64,000 bases of DNA from contig DATCZS010000023.1 in NCBI GenBank assembly GCA_036525795.1, positions 11,596-75,595 of the forward strand, given 5' to 3'. Below the pieces are notes generated by a model that was given only the letters and a program-made list of their open reading frames with translations, was not told the origin of the DNA and ran no database searches. The position numbers and the translations under genes are program-made. Origin of the DNA: Acidimicrobiia bacterium (GTDB lineage: Bacteria; Actinomycetota; Acidimicrobiia; Spongiisociales; ZC4RG35). How positions within the stretch are numbered: the stretch's first letter is position 1; each line of letters begins with the position of its first letter. Positions 1-7,990 of this stretch are shown piece by piece.

Positions 1-420
1 GACGAATCGGACCTCTCCGGCACGTTGACCGGCGGAGTGGATCCCGAGCACGACTTCTCCGAGGTCCTCTCCGAAGAAGACATCGCCGCATTGGTCGCGT
101 TCCTGCAGGGCGGAGTGATCGACATGTCGCAGATCATCGACCTGGGCACCAAGGCTGCGCTGGGCGGGGATGAGACCAAAGGCTCGGAGGCGTTCGCGAG
201 CGCCTGTTCCTCCTGCCATGGTGCGGACGGGACTGAGCTCAACTTCGGGAGCGACGATGAACCCGAATACGTTGGCACTCTCGCAGTAGACAATCCGTGG
301 GAGACCGTCCACAAGATCCTGTTTGGTCACCCCGGATCGGCCATGCCGGCACAGTTCGCGGCCGGGTGGGAGCTTGGCGAAGTGGCAGACCTCCTGGCGT
401 ACCTGCAAACGCTCCCCTAG
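1..420 (+). CDS. Cytochrome c family protein, C-terminal part. The 5' end is truncated by the window edge; frame 1 is open from nt 1.
   Basis: CSSCH heme-binding CxxCH motif followed by a downstream Met ligand region. The ORF is open to the window start. Confidence 0.55.
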   Translation, partial: DESDLSGTLTGGVDPEHDFSEVLSEEDIAALVAFLQGGVIDMSQIIDLGTKAALGGDETKGSEAFASACSSCHGADGTELNFGSDDEPEYVGTLAVDNPWETVHKILFGHPGSAMPAQFAAGWELGEVADLLAYLQTLP

Positions 421-746
421 GCCGGCAGTAGACGGGTTGAGCCGGCTGGGGTCTCGCGACAAGGCCGCCAGGCGGCTGTGGGTGGGGCGCGGCGTATCGG
501 GGTGCGCACCGGGGCGGTGACCGGCGCCACCTCGATCCGAGTCGGGTGTCGCACCGGTTCGTGTAACTCGGAAAGCCTGCGGAACTCCCCCGCATCCCGT
601 TCGACGGGCTGAGAGACAGCCACGCCACCGGCATGCTCACCGCCGGGGTCCACCCGAGTGTCTCCCAGGAACGACTCGGACACGGGTCTGCGGCGTTCAC
701 GATGGACCGATACAGCGCCGTCCTGCCGGGGAGACAGCGCAGCGCC

Positions 747-880
747 ATCGAACGTCTGTCCGACGCAATAGGTGACAGATAGGTGACACGGCCGGGGTGC
801 GCCGGCGGTCCGACGGACGGAGACCCCGGTCACCGTTGGAGGCCCTTGGGGCCGGCGGTGGGACTCGAACCCACGCCCTG
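747..880. repeat. Left copy of a ~130-bp imperfect direct repeat. It ends in a 3' tRNA fragment on the minus strand (T-arm + acceptor CGCCGGC-C-CCA, ~846-880). This is an att-like site.
   Basis: The first ~50 bp (atcgaacgtctgtccgacgcaataggtgacagataggtgacacggccggg) are identical to 1794-1843, and the rest is ~85% identical. The block ggcggtgggactcgaacccacg is shared with the tRNA-Thr T-arm. Confidence 0.7.
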
Positions 881-1083
881 GCGACTACACGTTCACAGGA
901 ACCCGTATCACCACGTCTCGTGACGTGTCATCGCGTCCACGAATCCCTCGTCAGAATCGGGTGTTCGCCTCGCCCCTCTGGCCGAGAGACCGATCGCCGG
1001 CGCAACCGCGGCTCCTGTGGACACGCCGCCCGCACCGAGCGTGATCCGGCGGCGCGGGCGGGGGCGAGGAGAGGTCCGGGCGG

Positions 1084-1668
1084 TCATGGGGTGTACACCT
1101 GAGCGACGACGGTGACCTCTCCGTCGACGATGGTCACGTCGAACGGAACCAGGATCCCGGAGAGGATCCCGTACACCACTTCACCTTCGTACGTGCCGTC
1201 GAAGATCGATGCGAGGTCGTCGATGCTCACGGTCAGCACCCGGTCGACAGCCTCTCCCGACAGCACTGTGATGGTGGCGTCATCGGCCACCGGAACCAGG
1301 TAGCTCTGGTCGTCGGGATTGGCGATGAAGAAGTCGTTGGGTAGGTCCTCGTCCTCGGTGATGAACCCCGCTTCCACGGCGGCGTCATGCGCCTTCTGGC
1401 CGGAGAGCATCTCGGCGGGATCGATCAGGATCTGGACGACTCCTCCGCTCGAGTCGGTGGTCACGAACCCGAACCACTCGCCATCCTCAAGGAGCGGCGG
1501 CTGATCGGGAGAGGTCGAGGTGGTCGGAGGTGCGGTTGTGGTGGTTGGGGGTGCGGTGGTCGTGGAGGTCGGGCGCTCGGAGCCGCTCTCGCCGCCGCAG
1601 GCCGCGACCAGGGCTGCCATTGCGGTCACGGCAACGGTCGATGCGAAGGCCTTCGTGGATGTCCTCAT
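1084..1668 (-). CDS. Secreted Thr/Pro-rich lipoprotein (hypothetical)
   Basis: Internal Met gives MRTSTKAFASTVAVTAMAALVAAC, a signal peptide with a lipobox. This is followed by a TTTAPPTTTTAPPTTSTS low-complexity linker and a C-terminal globular domain. The track ORF 1084..1836 over-extends into the repeat. Confidence 0.5.
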   Translation of the reverse strand: MRTSTKAFASTVAVTAMAALVAACGGESGSERPTSTTTAPPTTTTAPPTTSTSPDQPPLLEDGEWFGFVTTDSSGGVVQILIDPAEMLSGQKAHDAAVEAGFITEDEDLPNDFFIANPDDQSYLVPVADDATITVLSGEAVDRVLTVSIDDLASIFDGTYEGEVVYGILSGILVPFDVTIVDGEVTVVAQVYTP

Positions 1669-1793
1669 CTCTGTGTGCTTTCTGGCGCATGGCGCCGGGT
1701 TCGGTGGGTCACGGATGTGGTTGTCCGCATCCGGAATCGCCGGTGTGGATCGAACATGCTTTTGACGTCGGAGAAGCGGGCGGCGGTTCCCGG

Positions 1794-1925
1794 ATCGAAC
1801 GTCTGTCCGACGCAATAGGTGACAGATAGGTGACACGGCCGGGTACGCCGCCGGTCCGACGAACGGAGACCCCGGTCACCGTTGGAAACCTTGGAGCTGG
1901 CGGTGGGACTCGAACCCACGACCTG
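1794..1925. repeat. Right copy of the ~130-bp direct repeat. It overlaps the 3' third of tRNA-Thr(TGT).
   Basis: See the left copy. Its translation RPCHLSVTYCVGQTFD appears in two different track ORFs (417..833 and 1665..1919), confirming the duplication. Confidence 0.7.
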
Positions 1926-1968
1926 CTGATTACAAGTCAGCTGCTCTGGCCATCTGAGCTACGCCAGC
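1892..1968 (-). tRNA. tRNA-Thr (anticodon TGT)
   Basis: The reverse complement GCTGGCGTAGCTCAGATGGCCAGAGCAGCTGACTTGTAATCAGCAGGTCGTGGGTTCGAGTCCCACCGCCAGCTCCA folds as a cloverleaf. Anticodon loop is cTTGTaa, T-loop GGTTCGAGTCC, and CCA is encoded. Confidence 0.85.
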
Positions 1969-1981
1969 GAGGTCTGTCACG

Positions 1982-2719
1982 TTACCCGCCGGCGCGAACA
2001 CGAAACAGCTCGAAACACGCGAGGGCGGCCGCCACCGAGGCGTTGAGGCTCTCGGTGGGTCCCGCCATCGGGATCGAGGCGACGACGTCGACCCGCTCGC
2101 GTACGAGCCGGTGCAGACCGGCCTCGGCTCCCACGACGATCGCACAGGGCTCGGTGAACAACTCCAGCCCGAACAGTGATCGATCTCCCCCTGAATCGAG
2201 GCCGATCGTCCACACTCCCAGCCTCGAAAGCGACCGGACGACGTCGGCGACCGAGCCGGAGACCACCGCCACCGAGCAGTGCTCGAGGGCTCCTGCCGCC
2301 GCCTTGAACGCGGCCCCGCCGAGCGGGGCGCCCCGACGCGACGACACGACGAGGCGGGGAACTCCTGCGGCGACGGCGCTGCGAACGATCGCCCCGAGGT
2401 TGTGGGGATCCTCGACGTGATCCACCACGAGCAGCGAAGCCGGCGTGTGCTGTTCTACCAGCGCCTCCAGCGCCACGGGCTCGATGGGCCGGCAGGTCGC
2501 CACCACGCCCTGGGGCGCCGTCGTAGCCGCCAGCGGTCGCACGTCATCGACCACCGTGACTCCCGCGCCCGCCTGGCGCGCCTCCGTGACCAGGTCGGCG
2601 ATGGGCGGGCGGTCCACACGACGACGCTCCACCGTGAGCTCGATGGCTCTCCCGGCCGCCACGGCAGCCGACACCGCGTGGACGCCCTCGACGCTACCGC
2701 CGTATCCAGCGGGCGCCAT
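1982..2719 (-). CDS. rlmB: TrmH/SpoU-family 23S rRNA (guanosine-2'-O)-methyltransferase (RlmB-like)
   Basis: SpoU methylase motifs (LVVDHVEDPHNLGAIVRSA, GAEAGL, IPMAGPTESLNASVAAAL). It lies immediately downstream of cysS, as in mycobacteria. Confidence 0.75.
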   Translation of the reverse strand: MAPAGYGGSVEGVHAVSAAVAAGRAIELTVERRRVDRPPIADLVTEARQAGAGVTVVDDVRPLAATTAPQGVVATCRPIEPVALEALVEQHTPASLLVVDHVEDPHNLGAIVRSAVAAGVPRLVVSSRRGAPLGGAAFKAAAGALEHCSVAVVSGSVADVVRSLSRLGVWTIGLDSGGDRSLFGLELFTEPCAIVVGAEAGLHRLVRERVDVVASIPMAGPTESLNASVAAALACFELFRVRAGG

Positions 2720-4136
2720 CTGCGGTGTCCTCGATCACGATTCCCAATTCGGCGAGACGATCGCGAATGGCATCGCCGGTGGCGAAGTCCCGGGCGGCGC
2801 GAGCCGAGCCGCGGGCCTCGACGATCGCATCGAGCAGCCTGGAGGAGTCCCCGTCCGGGGACACCCCGATGTCGGACGCCAGCGCCTCGAGTGCGTCGTG
2901 CATCGGCAGGCGTCCGTCTGCGGGGCCCGTGTCCGGCCGGATCCCCAGCACGTCGACGATCTCGGCGACGGCGGCGATCAGCGCGTCGGCGTTCTCGCCG
3001 GCGTCCGCTCGCCGGTTCGCCTCACGGACCGCGTCGAACATCACCCCCAGGCCCTTGGGCGTGTCGAAGTCGTCGTCCATGCACCGCCGGAACCCGTCGA
3101 CGATCCCGGCATCGGGAGAGGCATTCCCCGTCGCCCTCTCGAGGACGCGACCGATGCGCTGCAGCGCCGCCTGGGCATCAGCGATCAGCGCCTCGGAGTA
3201 CTCGAGAGGCGAGCGGTAGTGGGCGCGAAGGTAGAAGAGCCGAACGGCGATCCCGCCGAACCTCTCGATCGCCTCGTGGAGACCGATCACGTGACCGGTC
3301 GACTTGGCCATCTTCTCGCCGCCCAGGTTCACCATTCCGTTGTGGAGCCAGTGCCGTGCGAACGTCTCGCCTGACGCTCCCTCCGACTGGGCGATCTCGT
3401 TCTCGTGGTGGGGGAAGATCAGGTCCGAGCCGCCGCCGTGGACGTCGAAGCCCTCCCCCAGGTACTTGTGGGCCATCGCCGAACATTCGATGTGCCACCC
3501 GGGCCTGCCGGGGCCCCACGGCGATTCCCACGCCGGCTCGCCCGGTTTGGCAGCCTTCCACAGCGCGAAGTCGAGCGGGTCGTGCTTGTCCTCGTCGACC
3601 TCGATCCGGGCGCCGGCCCGGAGCTCATCGACCCGGCGACCCGAGAGCTTCCCGTACGACTCGAGCGTACGGACCGCGAAGTAGACGTCGCCGTTCGATG
3701 CCGGGTACGCGAGCCCACGGTCGATGAGGCGCCGAATGAGTTCCAGCATCTCGGGGATGTGCTCGGTGGCCTTCGGCTCCACATCCGGGTCGCGCACCCC
3801 CAGCGCCCGATACGCCGCCCGAAAGCGCTCTGCCATCCGCTCGGCGAGTTCCTGGGTGCTCTCCCCCGTCTCGGCGGCGGCGGCGATGATCTTGTCTTCG
3901 ACGTCGGTGACGTTCTGAACGAAGGTCACGTCGAAGCCCCTCCAGTCGAAGTAGCGGCGGATGACGTCGAATGCCACCGCCGCCCGCCCGTGCCCGAGAT
4001 GGGGGTCGGACTGCACCGTCGGGCCGCACACATACATGGAGACCTCGCCCGCGGTGCGGGGGACGAAGTCGACCGTCTTCCGGCCAAGGGTGGTGTAGAC
4101 GCGAATACGCGAATCGGAGGTCATCGAGGGCGACAT
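2694..4136 (-). CDS. cysS: Cysteine--tRNA ligase
   Basis: Class I aaRS with a HIGH-like motif (PHLGHGR), KMAKS and the Cys-binding core. Length and domain order match CysRS. Confidence 0.9.
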   Translation of the reverse strand: MSPSMTSDSRIRVYTTLGRKTVDFVPRTAGEVSMYVCGPTVQSDPHLGHGRAAVAFDVIRRYFDWRGFDVTFVQNVTDVEDKIIAAAAETGESTQELAERMAERFRAAYRALGVRDPDVEPKATEHIPEMLELIRRLIDRGLAYPASNGDVYFAVRTLESYGKLSGRRVDELRAGARIEVDEDKHDPLDFALWKAAKPGEPAWESPWGPGRPGWHIECSAMAHKYLGEGFDVHGGGSDLIFPHHENEIAQSEGASGETFARHWLHNGMVNLGGEKMAKSTGHVIGLHEAIERFGGIAVRLFYLRAHYRSPLEYSEALIADAQAALQRIGRVLERATGNASPDAGIVDGFRRCMDDDFDTPKGLGVMFDAVREANRRADAGENADALIAAVAEIVDVLGIRPDTGPADGRLPMHDALEALASDIGVSPDGDSSRLLDAIVEARGSARAARDFATGDAIRDRLAELGIVIEDTADGARWIRR

Positions 4137-4137
4137 G

Positions 4138-4617
4138 TTACGGAGCGGCCTCCACCGTCACCACGGCGGCGGCCGCCAGCCCCTCACTGGCCCCGACGAA
4201 GCCCATCCCGTCCGTGGTGGTGGCCTTCACCGACACCACCGAGGCATCGAGGTCGAGCGCCCGGGCCAGGCCGGCCCGGATGTGGCCCCGATGGGGTGAA
4301 ATCGCGATGTCCTCGGCCAGGACCGTCACGTCCACATATCGCGGCTCGAACCCGGCGTCGCGCGCCATCCGGGCGGCGCGAGCCAGGAGCCCGAGGCTGT
4401 CGGCGTTCGCCCAGGCGGGATCGGAAGACGGAAAGTGGGTGCCGAGATCACCGAGATTGGAAGCTCCGAGAAGTGCATCCGTCACCGCATGGGCGACGAC
4501 GTCGCCGTCAGAGGTGGCCTGCACGCCGCGGGACTGGTCGACGACCGCACCTCCGAGCACGATGGGAGGCTCACCGCCGAACCGGTGGGCGTCGAAGCCC
4601 CAGCCGGTACGGATCAC
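4138..4617 (-). CDS. ispF: 2-C-methyl-D-erythritol 2,4-cyclodiphosphate synthase
   Basis: IspF signature: FDAHRF, the DGDVVAHA...D metal ligands, and 159 aa length. Confidence 0.9.
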   Translation of the reverse strand: MIRTGWGFDAHRFGGEPPIVLGGAVVDQSRGVQATSDGDVVAHAVTDALLGASNLGDLGTHFPSSDPAWANADSLGLLARAARMARDAGFEPRYVDVTVLAEDIAISPHRGHIRAGLARALDLDASVVSVKATTTDGMGFVGASEGLAAAAVVTVEAAP

Positions 4618-4621
4618 GGCG

Positions 4622-5329
4622 TCACTCCTCGGGTACTTCGAACTTGGGCAGAGCCCGATCGAGTCGCTTGACGGCCTCGTCCTCGTCGACCTCGAGCGAG
4701 AACTGGAGCTCCGAGGTGAGCGTCACCCGCGCCTTGGAGAGCATCCGCTTGAGCGCAGGCGAGATCCCCTTCGTCTGCTGGGCGAAGTTGAGATCGCGGA
4801 CGACCTCGGTGACCTGGAAGATATCACCGGACGTCATCTTCTCATTCAGCACCTTGTACCAGCGGCTCCAGTTCGAACCGGCCTCCTGGGGCTCCTGCTT
4901 GAGGACCGACAGCACATTGCGAGCCTGGGTCTTCGAGATGATCGGGCGGATCACTTCCTCGATGCTCGCCACGGGCACCATCACGGTGAGCTGTTCGGTG
5001 GCGATGTCGAGAACGAAGTAATCCTTCTTCTCGCCGGCGAACTCCTGTTTCACCCTCTTGGCGATCGTCGCCGCCCCGTGCTGAGGGTGGACGACCTTGT
5101 CGCCGACTCCGTACTTCGACTTGGGCTTGGCCGGACGCGAACTCTTCGCCGCAGCGGGCTTGGGCTCGGACTTGGCCGGACGCGAACTCTTCGCCGCAGC
5201 AGGCTTGGACTCGGACTTGACCGGACGCGAACTCTTCGCCGCAGCGGGCTTGGACTCGGACTTGGCCGGACGCGAACTCTTCGCCGCGGCAGGCTTGGAC
5301 TCGGACTTGGTGGTCTTCTTGGTAGCCAT
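4622..5329 (-). CDS. carD: CarD-family RNA-polymerase-binding transcription regulator with an N-terminal Lys/Ala/Pro/Ser-rich tandem-repeat extension
   Basis: The C-terminal 160 aa align to the CarD RID + DNA-binding domain (YGVGDKVVHPQHGAATIAK...NWSRWYKVLNEKMTSGD). The N-terminus carries ~4.5 copies of KSESKPAAAKSSRPA. Confidence 0.8.
   Translation of the reverse strand: MATKKTTKSESKPAAAKSSRPAKSESKPAAAKSSRPVKSESKPAAAKSSRPAKSEPKPAAAKSSRPAKPKSKYGVGDKVVHPQHGAATIAKRVKQEFAGEKKDYFVLDIATEQLTVMVPVASIEEVIRPIISKTQARNVLSVLKQEPQEAGSNWSRWYKVLNEKMTSGDIFQVTEVVRDLNFAQQTKGISPALKRMLSKARVTLTSELQFSLEVDEDEAVKRLDRALPKFEVPEE
5110..5310. repeat. 45-bp tandem repeat (4 full copies) inside the 5' end of carD, encoding KSESKPAAAKSSRPA units
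   Basis: The unit cggacgcgaactcttcgccgcagcgggcttggactcggacttggc is repeated head-to-tail on the plus strand. Confidence 0.8.
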
Positions 5330-5356
5330 GAACCAGGCGAGTGTACAGCAGCCGGC

Positions 5357-6433
5357 CTACATCGCCTGAGGGCCCCACTCCGACGACATCGACTGAAGTC
5401 TGTCGAAGTAGTGGCGCAGGTGCCCGGCCCGGGCCGAACCGATCCCCTCGACCTGTTCCAGGTCGTGAGCGGAGGCGGCGATCATCTTCGGAAGCCACTT
5501 GAAGTGGCGTATCAACTCGTCACGCACCGATTCGGGCAGCCTTCCGACCTTGGAGAGCATCCGGTAGCCGCGCGGAGTGACGGGCTCCTCCAAATCGCTG
5601 AATCCCACTGCCCTGGCGATCTTGGTCGGGTCCTCCAGGTCGGACTCCTCGAGCTGGCGCAAGGCAGATACGGCTCGCTGGAACGTGGACTGGCGGCGGG
5701 TGGTCAGATAGTCGCGCAGCGTGACGTCGCGGATGTGTGCAACCCCACGCACCATGTCTGAGAGCTGGATGAACGCCAGTCGGCCTTCGTCTCCCAGGCT
5801 CACCGCCTCCCGTTCGATCGACAGCCCCACCCGCCTCACAAGCTCCGCTCGCTGAATGAGGGTGACGGCCGCCCGGTACGTCGACAGTGCCGCCAACTCC
5901 AGCTGGGTCAAGGTCGTCTCTGCCTCGTCCAGTCGGCGCCGCAGTCGATCGAGAGTCTGAAGCTCCTGATTGACCCGGGCAGCAACCTCGGTGGGACTGC
6001 GCAGTTCGACCTTCCTCCCCTCGACGTAGACCGTGGCGATGCGGCGCGAATCGCTCACCGCCACCACAGGGAAGCCGGTCTGGATGGCGATGCGCTGGGC
6101 GGTGCGGTGCCGGGAACCGGTCTCATCGGACGGGATCTCGTTGGACGGCACGAAGTGGACGTTGGCGGAGAGGATGTGATCCCCTTCGGCGTCCAGCACG
6201 ATCCCCCCGTCCATCTTCGCCAGCTCGGACAGCTTGGCCGGCGAGAACGGCACCGGTTGATGGAGATTGAAACCGCCGCTGGAGATGGCCTCGATCGGCG
6301 CGCCGCCGCCCAGCACGATGATGGCCCCTTTCCCCTGCTGCATGATGCGCTCGAGGCCCTGTCTGATGGGCGCCCCCGGCGCCAGGCGCTCGAGAGTCTC
6401 CAGCGTGAGTCCACCGTTCACTACCACTGCCAC
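5357..6433 (-). CDS. disA: DNA integrity scanning protein DisA (diadenylate cyclase)
   Basis: DAC domain (GAIIVLGG...DGGIVLD), linker and C-terminal HhH. Adjacent to radA. Confidence 0.9.
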   Translation of the reverse strand: MAVVVNGGLTLETLERLAPGAPIRQGLERIMQQGKGAIIVLGGGAPIEAISSGGFNLHQPVPFSPAKLSELAKMDGGIVLDAEGDHILSANVHFVPSNEIPSDETGSRHRTAQRIAIQTGFPVVAVSDSRRIATVYVEGRKVELRSPTEVAARVNQELQTLDRLRRRLDEAETTLTQLELAALSTYRAAVTLIQRAELVRRVGLSIEREAVSLGDEGRLAFIQLSDMVRGVAHIRDVTLRDYLTTRRQSTFQRAVSALRQLEESDLEDPTKIARAVGFSDLEEPVTPRGYRMLSKVGRLPESVRDELIRHFKWLPKMIAASAHDLEQVEGIGSARAGHLRHYFDRLQSMSSEWGPQAM

Positions 6434-6441
6434 TCAGGGTA

Positions 6442-7752
6442 TCAGCTGGACCGCGAATCCGATGGGACGAGACCCGCCTCCACCAGCGCCAAGAACAGGC
6501 GTTGCCCCCGGGTGGGCTCGATGAGGCTGGCGATGCCGAGGCGAGACGCCTCCTGGCGCCGCCGCGCCTCGAACGGCACGGGACGGATCTCTCCCGAGAG
6601 CCCCACCTCCCCCCACGCGGCGGCCGACCCGAGCGGCCGGTCGAGAGCCGAGGACGCGAGCGCCAGGGCAACCGCCAGATCCGCGGCGGGCTCCTCGATC
6701 TTCCAGCCACCGACGACGTTGACGTACACCTCCCGATCGGACAGCGGCAGCCGGCAGTGCCGGTCGAGGACGGCAAGAAGCTGGTGCACGCGGGCGACCT
6801 CCAGCCCCCGAACGCTGCGCCGGGGCTGTGGCTGTCTCGACGGAGTGACGAGCGCCTGGATCTCCACCAGCACCGACCGCCGGCCTTCGACAGCAGGAAA
6901 GACCACGGTCCCAGGGACATCCGACTGCCACTCGGCCAAGAAGGCCTCGGAAGGGTCGACGACCTCGACGAGACCTTCGCTGCGCATGTCGAACAGTGCG
7001 ACGACGTGGGTGGGCCCGAAGCGGTTCTTGAAGCTGCGCAACGCCCGGAAGCCCCGATCGGGATCACCTTCCAGCGACAGCACCACATCGACCATGTGCT
7101 CGAGGGTCTTGGGGCCGGCGAGCCCGCCTTCCTTCGTCACATGGCCGACGATGACCATCGGCACTCCCTCCCGCTTGGCGAACCTGATCAAACGGGCAGC
7201 GCACTCCCGGACCTGGGTGACCGACCCGGGACTCGAGCCGATCTCGGCAACCCCCACCGTCTGGATCGAGTCGACGACGACGAGATCGGGCTTCGCCTCG
7301 GACGCGGCGGCGATGATCCGGTCGGCATCGTCCTCTGCAAGCAGAAGCACCCCTCCTTCGTCCACCCCGACCCGATGTCCGCGCATTCCCACCTGCTCGG
7401 CTGACTCTTCGGCCGAGGCCAGCAACACCCGCCGGCCGGAGGCGGCCAGAGATCCGGCCGCCTGCAGCAGCAGCGTCGACTTGCCCACCCCGGGCTCGCC
7501 ACCGACGAGGATCACCGAGCCGGGCACCAACCCGCCTCCCAGCACGCGATCGAGTTCGGGCATGCCCGAGGAGAACCGCGCGACGTCACTGCCAGACCCG
7601 AGATCCCTCATCGACACCGGGCGGGGAGCCGGACCGGTGATCGGGGACGCCCGAACGTCGGACTCGGTGAGCGGTTCGCTCACCCGGCACTGGGGGCAGA
7701 ACCCCATCCACTTGCTTGACCGATATCCACAGCTGGAACACGCGTACGACAT
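6442..7752 (-). CDS. radA: DNA repair protein RadA/Sms
   Basis: Internal start MSYACSSCGYRSSKWMGFCPQC (C4 zinc finger), Walker A GEPGVGKSTLLLQ, KNRFG motif and Lon-like C-terminal domain. The track ORF start at 7911 adds 53 non-conserved residues. Confidence 0.9.
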   Translation of the reverse strand: MSYACSSCGYRSSKWMGFCPQCRVSEPLTESDVRASPITGPAPRPVSMRDLGSGSDVARFSSGMPELDRVLGGGLVPGSVILVGGEPGVGKSTLLLQAAGSLAASGRRVLLASAEESAEQVGMRGHRVGVDEGGVLLLAEDDADRIIAAASEAKPDLVVVDSIQTVGVAEIGSSPGSVTQVRECAARLIRFAKREGVPMVIVGHVTKEGGLAGPKTLEHMVDVVLSLEGDPDRGFRALRSFKNRFGPTHVVALFDMRSEGLVEVVDPSEAFLAEWQSDVPGTVVFPAVEGRRSVLVEIQALVTPSRQPQPRRSVRGLEVARVHQLLAVLDRHCRLPLSDREVYVNVVGGWKIEEPAADLAVALALASSALDRPLGSAAAWGEVGLSGEIRPVPFEARRRQEASRLGIASLIEPTRGQRLFLALVEAGLVPSDSRSS

Positions 7753-7990
7753 CAGCGCCGACTGTATCGCAGAGGTGGGACGAAACCCGCCGGCGCTGTC
7801 GAAGCCGGTCGCGCCGAGCCCGGGGGTGTTCAGCGGCGGCTGCGCACGAAGGCACGCACCGCCCACGCCACCACCGAGCCGAGCAGGGCCAACGCGGCCA
7901 CCACAGACCACGCCGTCCAGGGCTCAGCGACATGAACGGTCATTACGAGGATCACCCGTGCAAGAATACGCCTCGCCAGGAGGAGGTTCT

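Noticed and set aside
846-1002. Possible intron-containing tRNA. The 3' tRNA half at 846-880 (minus strand) has a complementary GCCGGCG at ~995-1002.
   Set aside because: CGCCGGCG is a palindrome common in GC-rich DNA. No D-arm or anticodon arm can be built in between. A 3' tRNA remnant is the simpler explanation.
2279-3727. 482-aa plus-strand ORF (and 2445..3374, 3405..5021, 3971..5761 and similar ones) that is Arg/Pro/Gly-rich.
   Set aside because: It is antisense to the well-supported cysS/ispF/carD genes. Its composition is the typical frame artefact of 70% GC DNA, and it has no domain signal.
6107-7990. 5' two-thirds of the 947-aa plus-strand ORF, and the overlapping 6123..7088 minus-strand ORF.
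   Set aside because: It is antisense to radA/disA and low-complexity. Only the 3' part from the GTG at 7991 has domain content (zinc ribbons, TM, discoidin) and an SD.
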